From Vicinamibacterales bacterium (GTDB lineage Bacteria; Acidobacteriota; Vicinamibacteria; Vicinamibacterales; UBA8438), in assembly GCA_965222265.1 (NCBI GenBank), contig CBDCTP010000003.1, positions 3,710,841-3,774,840 of the forward strand: a DNA stretch of 64,000 bases, given 5' to 3'. Below the pieces are notes generated by a model. The model had not been told where the DNA came from and did no database searches. It was given only the letters and a program-made list of their open reading frames with translations. A program made the position numbers and the translations under genes. Shown here in pieces: positions 47,314 to 55,947 of this stretch. Numbering within the stretch: position 1 is the first letter of the stretch; the number at the start of each line of letters is the position of its first letter.

Positions 47314-47322
47314 ATTATATCA
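47314..47322 (-). promoter_or_regulatory. Candidate extended -10 promoter (TGaTATAAT) for rnj
   Basis: The reverse complement of 47314-47322 is TGATATAAT. It abuts and overlaps the rsmA stop codon (47320-47322). It would give an rnj 5' UTR of about 80 nt containing the hairpin CCCGGAC GGGC GTCCGGG (47254-47271). Confidence 0.35.
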
Positions 47323-48129
47323 CGGCTGTCCGCGGGGTGCGGCCAGAACCTCCGACAGTTCAGCGAGTTCCGCCAACTCGAGCTGTTCCGGGCGCTGCAT
47401 CGGGTCGACGCCGGCGCGGGCCAGCAGCTCGCTCGCCGGTACGGTGGTGTGCTGCGCGGCGAACGCGCGCAGGGCGTTGCGGGCCGTCTTGCGACGCCGG
47501 CTGAAGAGGGCGCGCACCAGTGCGTCGAACAGGGTGGGATCGCGGAGGCGTACCGGTGCCGGCCGCAGGCGCAACTGGACGACCGCCGAGCGCACGCGGG
47601 GCATCGGGCGGAACGCGCCCGGCGGCAGCGTCATCAGGCGCTGCGGCGTGGCGTGCAGCCGCGTCGCGATGGCCAGCGGCCCCCAGTCGCGGGAACCGGG
47701 CGCGGCCGTGACGCGGTCGGCCACCTCGTGTTGGAGCATCAGCGTCGCATCGCTCAGGCCGGCGCCATGCGCGCCGCAACGAAGCAGCTTCAACAGGATT
47801 CTGGGCGACACGTTGTAGGGCAGGTTTCCGACCGCGCGCGCCGGCCGCGCGAGCGCCAGGCTGTCGACGTCGAGGCGGAGGAAGTCTGCCCGGACGACGG
47901 TCACGGCTGCTGGGGCGCGGGCCGCCAGATCGTCGGCAAGCTCGCCATCGATCTCGACCGCGGTGACGGAGGCGCCACGCTCGGCCAGGGCCAGCGTCAG
48001 GACGCCGAGGCCGGCGCCGACTTCGAGGAACGTCTGGCCGCGTCCCGGACGGATTGCCGCGACCAGCTTTGCGACCCACGCCGGCTCGAGGAAGTGCTGC
48101 CCGAGGCGGCGCTTCGGGCGCGGCCTCAT
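47320..48129 (-). CDS. rsmA: 16S rRNA (adenine1518/1519-N6)-dimethyltransferase
   Basis: Real start ATG 48129 (MRPRPKRRLGQHFL), overlapping the nth stop as ATGA. Contains FLEVGAGLGVLT and VGNLPYNVS. The track ORF extension to 48681 is a shadow. Confidence 0.92.
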   Translation of the reverse strand: MRPRPKRRLGQHFLEPAWVAKLVAAIRPGRGQTFLEVGAGLGVLTLALAERGASVTAVEIDGELADDLAARAPAAVTVVRADFLRLDVDSLALARPARAVGNLPYNVSPRILLKLLRCGAHGAGLSDATLMLQHEVADRVTAAPGSRDWGPLAIATRLHATPQRLMTLPPGAFRPMPRVRSAVVQLRLRPAPVRLRDPTLFDALVRALFSRRRKTARNALRAFAAQHTTVPASELLARAGVDPMQRPEQLELAELAELSEVLAAPRGQP

Positions 48130-48836
48130 CCTCGCGTCCCGCGCACGGGGCGGTGGGGCGTGCCTGCGTCCACGCCGGTTGCGGCCGCGCGGAAGTCGCA
48201 GTGCTCCGACGCCGCGCAGCGATCGCAGAGCGGGCGCGGCTTGCAGATGCGCCGGCCGTGAAGGATCAGGGTGTCGGAGGCACGGGTCCAGCGCGCCGGC
48301 GGCAGCGCGCTGCCCAGCTGCGCCTCGACGCGTACGGGATCGTCGCCTCTGGCAATGCCCAGACGATTCGCGACCCGCAAGACATGGCGGTCGACCGGGA
48401 GGCCGGGCACGCCCAGCGCATGCCCCAGCACCACGTTGGCGGTCTTCCGGCCCACGCCCGGCAATTCCACCAGCTCGTCGATGCTCGCGGGAATCCGGCC
48501 AGCGTGCCGCGTGGCGATGGCACGGGCCATGCCCGCCAGCGACCGCGACTTGGATCGGAAGAAGCCGGTCGAACGGATGCGGGGCTCCAGCTCCGCCGGC
48601 TCGGCTGCCGCGAGCGCACTCACGTCCGGGTAACGTGCGAACAGCGCCGGCGTCACCTGGTTCACGCGCTCGTCCGTGCACTGGGCGGAGAGAATCGTGG
48701 CGACCAGCAGCTCGTAGGCATTCCGGAACCGCAGCTCGGTAGTGGCTCCGGGATGCTGGCTCGACAGCAGGTCCAGAATCCTCATCACGGCCGCAACGGG
48801 ACGTGGGGGCCGTTCGCGGCGCTTGCGTGCAGCCAA
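48126..48836 (-). CDS. nth: Endonuclease III
   Basis: 236 aa. Contains ELLVATILSAQCTDERVN, the HhH-GPD motif LPGVGRKTANVVL, and the FeS cluster C-x6-C-x2-C-x5-C (CKPRPLCDRCAASEHC). Confidence 0.93.
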   Translation of the reverse strand: MAARKRRERPPRPVAAVMRILDLLSSQHPGATTELRFRNAYELLVATILSAQCTDERVNQVTPALFARYPDVSALAAAEPAELEPRIRSTGFFRSKSRSLAGMARAIATRHAGRIPASIDELVELPGVGRKTANVVLGHALGVPGLPVDRHVLRVANRLGIARGDDPVRVEAQLGSALPPARWTRASDTLILHGRRICKPRPLCDRCAASEHCDFRAAATGVDAGTPHRPVRGTRG

Positions 48837-48851
48837 GGCCTGCGTGCCGAG

Positions 48852-49166
48852 CTAGTGGACCGGCTCCGGCGGGGGGCCGATCTTGAGCGTGCCCTCGCCG
48901 AACGATCGCATGTGCTCCTGGAGCGCGGTGATCAGATTCGGGACGAACTGGATCGGCACCACGATGCGGGCCCGCACCGGCGCGCGCAGCACACGCTGGG
49001 TCTCGGCTTCGCGGACCTCCTTCTCGGACGGCGGCAGCACCTCGCAGAACGTCAACGTGAAGTCGAACGGCGTATGCGAGATCGCGCAGAAATTGGCGTA
49101 CGTCCTGGGCGAGTCACTCGATTCGTCCGGCACGATCGTGAAATTGATCTGTTTTCGCTCGCTCAT
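48852..49166 (-). CDS. DUF3467-type small protein
   Basis: 104 aa. The YANFCAISHTPFDFTLTF core is typical of DUF3467. Confidence 0.7.
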   Translation of the reverse strand: MSERKQINFTIVPDESSDSPRTYANFCAISHTPFDFTLTFCEVLPPSEKEVREAETQRVLRAPVRARIVVPIQFVPNLITALQEHMRSFGEGTLKIGPPPEPVH

Positions 49167-49191
49167 TGCTCTCCTTCGGTCGGGAAGCTCC

Positions 49192-49809
49192 TCAGTAGCG
49201 CCGCAGGACGCCCACCACCACGCCCTGAATCTGAACCTGGTCGGCCCCCACCACGAGCGGCTGAACCGCGGGGTTGGCCGGCTGCAGGCGGATCCGCCCG
49301 CCGGCGAGATAGAACTTCTTGAGGGTGACCTCGGTCCCGTTCAGCAGCGCGATCACCATCTCGCCGTTGCGGGCGGTCTTGCGGTCCTCCACAACGACTA
49401 TGTCACCGTCGCGTATCTGCTCGTCGATCATCGAGTTGCCGTGCACGCGCAGCGCATAGGCATCGCGCTGCCCGACGAGGTCCTCCGGCACCCCGACGGT
49501 CTCCGAGCTGACGACCGCCTCGATGGGAACGCCCGCGGCCACGGTGCCCAGCAGGGGCAGGTCGAGCGCGCGCGCGCCGACGCGGGTGGGGATCAGTTCG
49601 ACGGACCGGCTGCGGTTCCAGGCACGTCGAATGAACCCCTTCTCCTGCAGGTTGGTCAAATGCTTGTGCACCGTCGCCAGCGAGGACAGACCGAACCGCC
49701 GCCCGATTTCCTCGAGACTCGGTGCATAGCCGTGCTGCTCGATGAACTCGTTCAGGAAGTCCAGGATCTCCCGCTGGCGCCTGGTAGGCGGTTGCCCGTG
49801 CGGACGCAC
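49192..49809 (-). CDS. lexA: LexA repressor
   Basis: I place the start at GTG 49809 ((M)RPHGQPPTRRQREILDFLNEFIEQHGYAPSLEEIG). Cleavage site VAAG, and the Ser/Lys dyad region GNSMIDEQI...VTLKKF. The track ORF extends to 49944 without an obvious alternative start. Confidence 0.9.
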   Translation of the reverse strand: MRPHGQPPTRRQREILDFLNEFIEQHGYAPSLEEIGRRFGLSSLATVHKHLTNLQEKGFIRRAWNRSRSVELIPTRVGARALDLPLLGTVAAGVPIEAVVSSETVGVPEDLVGQRDAYALRVHGNSMIDEQIRDGDIVVVEDRKTARNGEMVIALLNGTEVTLKKFYLAGGRIRLQPANPAVQPLVVGADQVQIQGVVVGVLRRY

Positions 49810-49815
49810 GCGGCA

Positions 49816-49844
49816 ACTATATGCAAACAAAAGGCGAAGATCAA
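49816..49844 (-). promoter_or_regulatory. Candidate lexA promoter giving a leaderless mRNA
   Basis: On the minus strand: TTGATC (49844-49839), 17-nt spacer, TATAGT (49821-49816), then 6 nt to GTG 49809. The direct repeat GTTTGC-N5-GTTGC overlaps the -10. Confidence 0.45.
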
Positions 49845-49873
49845 GATCGCAACGCCGATGGTAGCATCGGGTC

Positions 49874-50857
49874 GTGAAGCTCCCGGTCCGGCTGGCTTCG
49901 GCCGGCGACAAGCCGTTCGACGCGGTCGGGTTGGGCCTGAACACGACCGATCTCCTGGCGGTGGTCGCCGGTCATCCGCAGCCGGGCTCCAAGGTGCCCA
50001 TCGTGGAGCTCGCCTCGCGCCCGGGAGGACAGGCCGCGTCGGCAATGACTGCCGTGAGCCGGCTCGGGTGGGCGGCCCGCTACATCGGCCGTTTCGGCGA
50101 CGACGAGAACGGTCGGGTGGGACGGGCCAGCCTGGCAGCGGACGGCGTCGACATCGCGGCCTGCGCGACCGTGCCCGGCGCGACGAACGCGCTCTCCGTG
50201 GTCGTCGTCGACCAGCGCTCGGGACAGCGTACCGTTCTCTGGTCGCGGCACCCGGCGCTGGCGATCGATCCGGCGGATCTGCCGGTGCAGGCAGTGGGGT
50301 CGGGCCGGGTGCTGCTGGTCGATTGCCACGAGACGGCCGCCGCGACGGCCGCGGCACGCCACGCGCGGGCGGCGGGCGCGGCCACCGTCGTGGACGTCGA
50401 GCACGTCCGGCCCGGAGTCGAGGCGCTGCTGGCGGAGATCGACGTGATCATCACCGCGCAGGAGTTTCCGACCGCGCTGACGGGGCAGGCGGACCTGGGC
50501 CGGGCACAGCAGATGCTGCGCTCGACGTTCGGGGCAGGCGTCGTCTGCACGACGCTCGGCGCGGAAGGCAGCCTCGCGCTGGTCGGCGGCACCGAGATCC
50601 GGACTCCGGGTTTCGGCGTGGACGTGGTGGACACGACCGGCGCCGGCGACGTGTTCCGCGGCGGCTTCATCGCGGGCTGGCTGCGCGGCGGCGCGGGTGC
50701 CGACGCCGAGGACGTGCTGCGCTACGCGAACGCGGTGGCCGGGCTGAAGTGCCGGGCGCTCGGGGCCCGCGCCGGCATCCCGACACGCGCGGAGGTCGAG
50801 GCACTGCTGCGCGGAGGGACCCCGCGCCGCACCGAGACGGGTGAGGCGCCCGGCTGA
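49874..50857 (+). CDS. PfkB-family carbohydrate/ribokinase-like kinase
   Basis: 327 aa. Contains GGQAASAMTAVSRLG and the C-terminal DTTGAGDVFRGGF motif. Confidence 0.85.
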   Translation: MKLPVRLASAGDKPFDAVGLGLNTTDLLAVVAGHPQPGSKVPIVELASRPGGQAASAMTAVSRLGWAARYIGRFGDDENGRVGRASLAADGVDIAACATVPGATNALSVVVVDQRSGQRTVLWSRHPALAIDPADLPVQAVGSGRVLLVDCHETAAATAAARHARAAGAATVVDVEHVRPGVEALLAEIDVIITAQEFPTALTGQADLGRAQQMLRSTFGAGVVCTTLGAEGSLALVGGTEIRTPGFGVDVVDTTGAGDVFRGGFIAGWLRGGAGADAEDVLRYANAVAGLKCRALGARAGIPTRAEVEALLRGGTPRRTETGEAPG

Positions 50858-51343
50858 CCTGTCAGGACGGGCCTCCCGCCCGCCAGCCTTGCGTGAACCG
50901 GCACATCGCGGACGAGAGTGAGCCGAGCCTGTATGGATCCGTAACCGGAGCGGGCGGCAGGGCCGCGAAGCGCTTAGGCCCGTGCTCACGGGCGTATTCG
51001 CGGGCTGACCGGTGGCGAGGCGGGGTTGGCGGAACGCGGCCCATAGAACGCCGGCCAGATCGCTCTCGACCAGCAGGTCCGCGCCCTCGAGCCACGGGGC
51101 CCGCAGGCCCCAGGCGCGCCGGCAAGGCTGACCAAGAACTCGCGGCCGCGGCGTTCACCTCGAAGCAGCATCGCTCTCAGGTCACGCCGCTCGCCCTTTC
51201 CGCCAAACCGTCCCGCACGGGGTCGCCGGCTTTCCACGAGGCGCGGTGCTCCCGGCGGGCCCACGCCTCCTGCGCGCGCCCTCGGCGCTCCTGGCGCCCG
51301 TCGGACGATTGAGGATTGCCCGGTGATCATGTAACTTGAAGCA

Positions 51344-51635
51344 GTGATCCGGTCGTTCGACGATGCGGCGACAGCCGATGTCTACTACGGCCGCGATACG
51401 AAAGTCGCCCGCCGGCTACCGAAGCCGTTGTGGCCGGTGATCCGGCGGAAACTGGACGCGCTGCACCGTGCGCTGACGACTCAGGATCTGCGGCTACCCG
51501 CGGGCAATCGTCTCGAGGCGCTCAAGGGGCGACCGGAGCGGGTTCTATAGCGTGCGGGTGAACGAGCGGTACCGGATCACGTTTCGGTTCCGAGGGGGCC
51601 ATGCCGATGCGGTCGCATGCGAGGACTACCACTGA
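51344..51635 (+). pseudogene. higB: HigB-type toxin (RelE/ParE superfamily) with a +1 frameshift in a G-run
   Basis: MIRSFDDAATADVYYGRDTKVARRLPKPLWPVIRRKLDALHRALTTQDLRLPAGNRLEALKG, then a frame break. Removing one G from GGGG (51526-51529) restores ...LKGDRSGFYSVRVNERYRITFRFRGGHADAVACEDYH* (stop 51633-51635), a full-length HigB pattern. Confidence 0.75.
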
Positions 51636-51648
51636 GGGGCCGCGGTCT

Positions 51649-51921
51649 GTGCTGGATCTGGAGCGTCCACCGACGCCGCCCGGGGAGATGCTGCTCGAGG
51701 AGTTTCTGCGGCCGGCAAACCTCACGCAAGTCGAGGCGGCCCGGCGCATGCAGATTCCGTTGAACCGCCTGAATGAAGTGGTCCGCGGTCGGCGGGGGAT
51801 CACGGCCGATACCGCGCTCCGACTCGCCCGGTTGTTCGACATGTCCCCGGAGTTCTGGATGGGCATTCAGGCCGACTGGGATCTCTGGCAGGCGGCCGCG
51901 GCGTTACGCAAGACCGGGTAG
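51649..51921 (+). CDS. higA: HigA-type antitoxin (XRE-family HTH)
   Basis: PPGEMLLEEFLRPANLTQVEAARRMQIPLNRLNEVVRGRRGITADTALRLARLFDMSPEFWMGIQADWDL is the canonical HigA pattern. Start is GTG 51649, or ATG 51601 per the track. Confidence 0.85.
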   Translation: MLDLERPPTPPGEMLLEEFLRPANLTQVEAARRMQIPLNRLNEVVRGRRGITADTALRLARLFDMSPEFWMGIQADWDLWQAAAALRKTG

Positions 51922-52057
51922 CTTGCGTCCCCACGTGTCGAGCCCGCCGGCCAAAGCGCACGGCGACGTCCTCACTCGGCGTCCAGCGCCGGGTATCGAG
52001 GCGACAGCCCGTGCGGGGAATCAGGTCGCTATCCTCGGCGCATGGGAGAGGGACGGG

Positions 52058-53278
52058 ATGAAGGCACTTGTGCAGTCGTGGCTCGTTGCCGGCGCTTTCC
52101 TGTGCGCCACGGTTCCGACCGGGGCGCAGCCGCCAGCGGGCGCACTGGCGATCGATGAGCGGCAGGGCGACCAGTACGGGTGGGCGGTGGACTACGAGAC
52201 GCCTGCCGCCGCCCGGGCAGCCGCGATGAGCAAATGCGGCGCGGGGTGCGCGGTGGTGCTGACGTTCAACCGGTGCGGTGCGTATGCGGCCGACCAGGAC
52301 ACCGACAGCACGGCGGTGGGCTGGGCGGAGTCGTACGCCGCGGCGGATGGCGCCCGTCAGGCTGCGCTGACCGAGTGCCGTGCCCGAGGCGGGTCGGGGT
52401 GCATCGTTCGCGTATGGGGTTGCAACGGGCAGGTGGTCGAAGAGGGGCTGGGTCTGGACCAAGCTGTCCGTCGTCAGATCCAGGAAGGCCTCGAGGCCGC
52501 GGGCTTCGATCCCGGCGTCGCCGACGGGGTGTTCGGTCCGCGGACGCGCGCGGCGATTCGTAGCTGGCAGTCGTCACGGGGTGGTCGGACGACCGGGTAC
52601 TTGGACGCCAGGCAAGTCGAGGCGCTGCGTGACAGGGGCAGGTCGGAACCACCGGCAACGGCGAGCCCGACGCCGGCGTCGGACGTGTGTCGACCGGCAG
52701 TGATGCTGTTGCTCGTTGCAGGCCTGCTGCCCGCCGCGGCGCAGCGCGACGCCCCGCCGACAGCCGAGGACGGGTGGCGCTTGGCCGCGAAGCTCGCCCG
52801 CATCATCGACCGCGGCAGCCGTGATGCGGACCGGCGCCAGACGGTCGTGCTGCTCGAGCGGGAGGTCAACGCCTATCTCCGCTTCCAGGCGGTGTCGCAG
52901 CTGCCAGCGGGCGTTACCGAGCCGCGCATCACCATGACGCGCGATGGCCGCGTGGCGGCGCGCGCCCGGATCGACCTCGACGCGGTGGCCGCGGGGCGGG
53001 AGCGCAGCGCCCTCGATCCGCTGAGCTACCTGCGCGGAAGCCTGCCGGTGGCGGCCAGCGGGGTCCTCGAGGCCCACGGCGGCATCGGCAGGATCCAGAT
53101 CGAGTCGGTGACGGTCGCCGATCTGCCGGTCCCGGCGTTCGTGCTCGACGTGCTGGTTCGTTTCCACTCGCGCAGCGAGGCCTACCCGCTCGGGTTCGAC
53201 CTGGCCGATCCGTTCGAGCTTCCCTACCGCATTCGCGAGATACACGTCGCTGCAGGCGAAGCGGTCGTTGTGCAGTGA
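52058..53278 (+). CDS. Secreted DUF4189-like x2 plus peptidoglycan-binding domain protein, with an internal hydrophobic segment and extra C-terminal module
   Basis: Start ATG 52058 (MKALVQSWLVAGAFLCATVPTGAQ). There are two Cys-containing DUF4189-like repeats (GWAVDYETPAAARAAAMSKCGAGCAVV; GWAESYAAADGARQAALTECRARGGSGCIV). PG_binding_1 follows (LEAAGFDPGVADGVFGPRTRAAIRSWQ). Then comes AVMLLLVAGLLPAAA and a 200-aa module of unknown family. The track ORF begins at 51773. Confidence 0.7.
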   Translation: MKALVQSWLVAGAFLCATVPTGAQPPAGALAIDERQGDQYGWAVDYETPAAARAAAMSKCGAGCAVVLTFNRCGAYAADQDTDSTAVGWAESYAAADGARQAALTECRARGGSGCIVRVWGCNGQVVEEGLGLDQAVRRQIQEGLEAAGFDPGVADGVFGPRTRAAIRSWQSSRGGRTTGYLDARQVEALRDRGRSEPPATASPTPASDVCRPAVMLLLVAGLLPAAAQRDAPPTAEDGWRLAAKLARIIDRGSRDADRRQTVVLLEREVNAYLRFQAVSQLPAGVTEPRITMTRDGRVAARARIDLDAVAAGRERSALDPLSYLRGSLPVAASGVLEAHGGIGRIQIESVTVADLPVPAFVLDVLVRFHSRSEAYPLGFDLADPFELPYRIREIHVAAGEAVVVQ

Positions 53279-55371
53279 CCGACGAGCTGCAGGCCCCGCT
53301 CCAATACGTCAAGGGCGTCGGCCCGCGCCGGGCGTCCGACCTCGCGGGCGCGGGATTCCACGTTCTCGAAGACCTTCTGCTGCGCCTCCCCCTGCGCTAC
53401 GAGGATCGTGATCGCGTCCGGCCGATCGCGGAGCTCGGCGCCGGCGACCTGACGGCGGTGGTCGGCGAGATCCTCGCCCGCGGCGTCCGCCCGACCCGCC
53501 GGCGAGGGTTTCACGTCCTCGAGGTGGTGGTCGCCGATGCTTCCGGCCGGATGCGGGCGGTGTACTTCAACCAGCCGTTCCTGGCCGACGTCCTCGCGCC
53601 GGGGAGCCGGGTCGCGTTGTTCGGCAGGGTGGAGCGCGCCCGTGTGGGCGGGGGCCTGCAGCTGACGAACCCGGCCTACGAGCTGCTGGCGGCCGATACC
53701 GACGACGACGCACGGATTCATACGGGCCGGACCGTGCCGGTCTACGAGAAGGCCGGCGGCGTGACGTCGAAGACGATGCGCCGGATCGTGTACGCGGGAC
53801 TCGAGCTCTTGCCGGCCGCGGTCGCGGATCCGCTGCCGCCGGAGGTGTGTCGCGAGCACGGGCTGATCGATCGGCGCACCGCGCTGACCCAGGCGCACTT
53901 TCCCGCGCAGGGCACCTCGCTGGAGGACCTCGAGCGCTGCCGCACGCCCGCGCAGAAACGCCTGATCTTCGAGGAGTTCTTCCTCTTTCAGCTCGGACTC
54001 GCGCAGCGGCGGCGAGCCACCGCCGCGGCACGGAAGCCGCGGACCATCCGCGTCGACGAGCGGATTCGCCGGGCAGCCCTCGACGTGCTGCCATTTCGAC
54101 TCACCGGCGATCAGCGGCAGGCGCTCAAGGAGATCGTGAGCGATCTGACCGGCGACCGGCCGATGAATCGTCTGCTCCAGGGGGACGTCGGCTCGGGGAA
54201 AACCATCGTGGCCCTGCTGGCGGCGCTCGTCGCGATGGAGAACGGCCTGCAGGTGGCCGTGATGTCGCCGACGGAGCTGCTCGCGGAGCAGCACCATCTC
54301 AACATCGCGCGCATCCTGGGGCCGGCCCGTTTCGACGTCGTGCTGCTCACCGGCGCGCTGGCGGCCGGTGCCCGCCGCGAGGCGTGGGACAGCCTGGCCG
54401 CCGGACGCTCGCAGCTGGCGGTGGGCACCCACGCGCTGATGCAGGACGCGGTGCGCTTCAAGGAGCTCGGCCTGGTGATCATCGACGAGCAGCACCGCTT
54501 CGGCGTGATCCAGCGCGCGGCCCTGCGTCGGAAGGGGGTGCAGCCGGACGTGCTGGTGATGACGGCGACGCCGATTCCCCGCACCCTGGCGCTGACGGCG
54601 TATGGCGACCTCGACGTATCGGTCATTCGCGAGCTGCCGCCGGGCCGGCAGCCGGTCGCGACGCGTCTGGCGCCCGAGGGCAAGCGCCGGGAGGTGTACG
54701 AGCTCGTGCGCCGCCAACTGCGCGCGGGCCGTCAGGGCTACGTCGTGTACCCGCTCGTCGAGGAGTCCGAGAAGGTCGATCTGAAGGCGGCGACCGAGAT
54801 GGCGAGGCACCTGGCGGTGGACGTCTTTCCCGATTTCACGGTCGGACTGGTGCACGGCCGCATGAAGCCGGGCGAGCGTGACGCCATCATGACGGCGTTC
54901 GGCGCCGGCGAGACGGACCTGCTCGTAGCCACGACCGTGGTCGAGGTCGGCATCGACGTGGCCAACGCGACGGTCATGCTGGTCGAGCATGCCGAACGGT
55001 TCGGGCTGGCGCAACTGCACCAACTGCGGGGGCGGGTGGGACGCGGACCCCACCGCGCGTACTGCATCCTGCTGCATCAGGGCCGGCTGTCGGAAGCGAC
55101 CGGGGCCCGACTCGACGCCGTGGCCCGGACCGGCGACGGCTTCGAGATTGCCGAGCGCGACCTGGAGATTCGAGGTCCCGGCGACTTCTTCGGCACGCGG
55201 CAGTCCGGCCTGCCGACCCTGAGGGTGGGCGACCTGCTGCGCGATTACGCGACCATGGACGAGGCGCGGCGGGCGGCTCACGCCTGGCTCGCGCTGGATC
55301 CAGCGCAGCCGGCGCTGGATGCCCTGGCTGCCGGCTGGGCGGAGCGCTTCGGCCTCGTGGGAGTCGGCTGA
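53275..55371 (+). CDS. recG: ATP-dependent DNA helicase RecG
   Basis: 698 aa. Wedge domain, Walker A GDVGSGKT, DEQHRFG, TATPIPRT and HQLRGRVGRG. The GTG start overlaps the upstream stop (GTGA). Confidence 0.95.
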   Translation: MTDELQAPLQYVKGVGPRRASDLAGAGFHVLEDLLLRLPLRYEDRDRVRPIAELGAGDLTAVVGEILARGVRPTRRRGFHVLEVVVADASGRMRAVYFNQPFLADVLAPGSRVALFGRVERARVGGGLQLTNPAYELLAADTDDDARIHTGRTVPVYEKAGGVTSKTMRRIVYAGLELLPAAVADPLPPEVCREHGLIDRRTALTQAHFPAQGTSLEDLERCRTPAQKRLIFEEFFLFQLGLAQRRRATAAARKPRTIRVDERIRRAALDVLPFRLTGDQRQALKEIVSDLTGDRPMNRLLQGDVGSGKTIVALLAALVAMENGLQVAVMSPTELLAEQHHLNIARILGPARFDVVLLTGALAAGARREAWDSLAAGRSQLAVGTHALMQDAVRFKELGLVIIDEQHRFGVIQRAALRRKGVQPDVLVMTATPIPRTLALTAYGDLDVSVIRELPPGRQPVATRLAPEGKRREVYELVRRQLRAGRQGYVVYPLVEESEKVDLKAATEMARHLAVDVFPDFTVGLVHGRMKPGERDAIMTAFGAGETDLLVATTVVEVGIDVANATVMLVEHAERFGLAQLHQLRGRVGRGPHRAYCILLHQGRLSEATGARLDAVARTGDGFEIAERDLEIRGPGDFFGTRQSGLPTLRVGDLLRDYATMDEARRAAHAWLALDPAQPALDALAAGWAERFGLVGVG

Positions 55372-55372
55372 C

Positions 55373-55930
55373 GTGCGTATCATCGCCGGCTCGCTGAAGG
55401 GACGCCGCCTCCGTCCTCCACGCTGGGCCGGCCTCAGGCCCACGTCCGACCGCCTGCGGGAGACGCTGTTCAACGTGCTGGGCGACCGCGTGCTCGCCGC
55501 AGGCGTCCTGGACGCCTGCGCCGGCACGGGCGCGCTGGGATTCGAGGCGCTCAGCCGTGGGGCGCGCGCGGCGGCGTTCGTGGAGGAGGACCGGCGGGCG
55601 GCGGCCCTGATCGCCGAGCACGCCGCCCGCTTCGGCGTCGCCGAGCTCTGCCGGATCGTCCGGGGTCCGCTCCCGGACGTCGTCGACGACGGCAGGCTCG
55701 CGGGCACCTACGACGTGATCCTGCTCGACCCGCCCTATGACAACCCCCGGATTGGTGCGATACTGTCTGCAGTGGGACGGCGGCTGGCCGGTGGGGGAGT
55801 CCTGGTGCTGGAGCGCGCACGGCGGGCGGGCCGGCCGCCGGCGGCGGGTCTGGTGTGGGGCCGTGAGATCGTCGCCGGCGACAGCGTGCTGGACTTCTAC
55901 GGACGGCTGCCAGGAAGTAGTCGGGACTGA
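55373..55930 (+). CDS. rsmD: 16S rRNA (guanine966-N2)-methyltransferase
   Basis: GTG 55373: (M)RIIAGSLKGRRLRPP...LRPTSDRLRETLFNVL..., DACAGTGALGFEALSRGA and ILLDPPY. Confidence 0.88.
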   Translation: MRIIAGSLKGRRLRPPRWAGLRPTSDRLRETLFNVLGDRVLAAGVLDACAGTGALGFEALSRGARAAAFVEEDRRAAALIAEHAARFGVAELCRIVRGPLPDVVDDGRLAGTYDVILLDPPYDNPRIGAILSAVGRRLAGGGVLVLERARRAGRPPAAGLVWGREIVAGDSVLDFYGRLPGSSRD

Positions 55931-55947
55931 TCCGGAGAAGCAGCGGA

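Noticed and set aside
50858-51343. ORFs 50893..51312 (+), 50862..51158 (-) and 50986..51330 (-) in the gap before higB
   Set aside because: All have biased or low-complexity translations with no recognisable motif. One minus-strand frame contains a short protein-like stretch (PWLEGADLLVESDLAGVLWAAF), but it is interrupted by stops. This is treated as non-coding or decayed DNA, not a gene.
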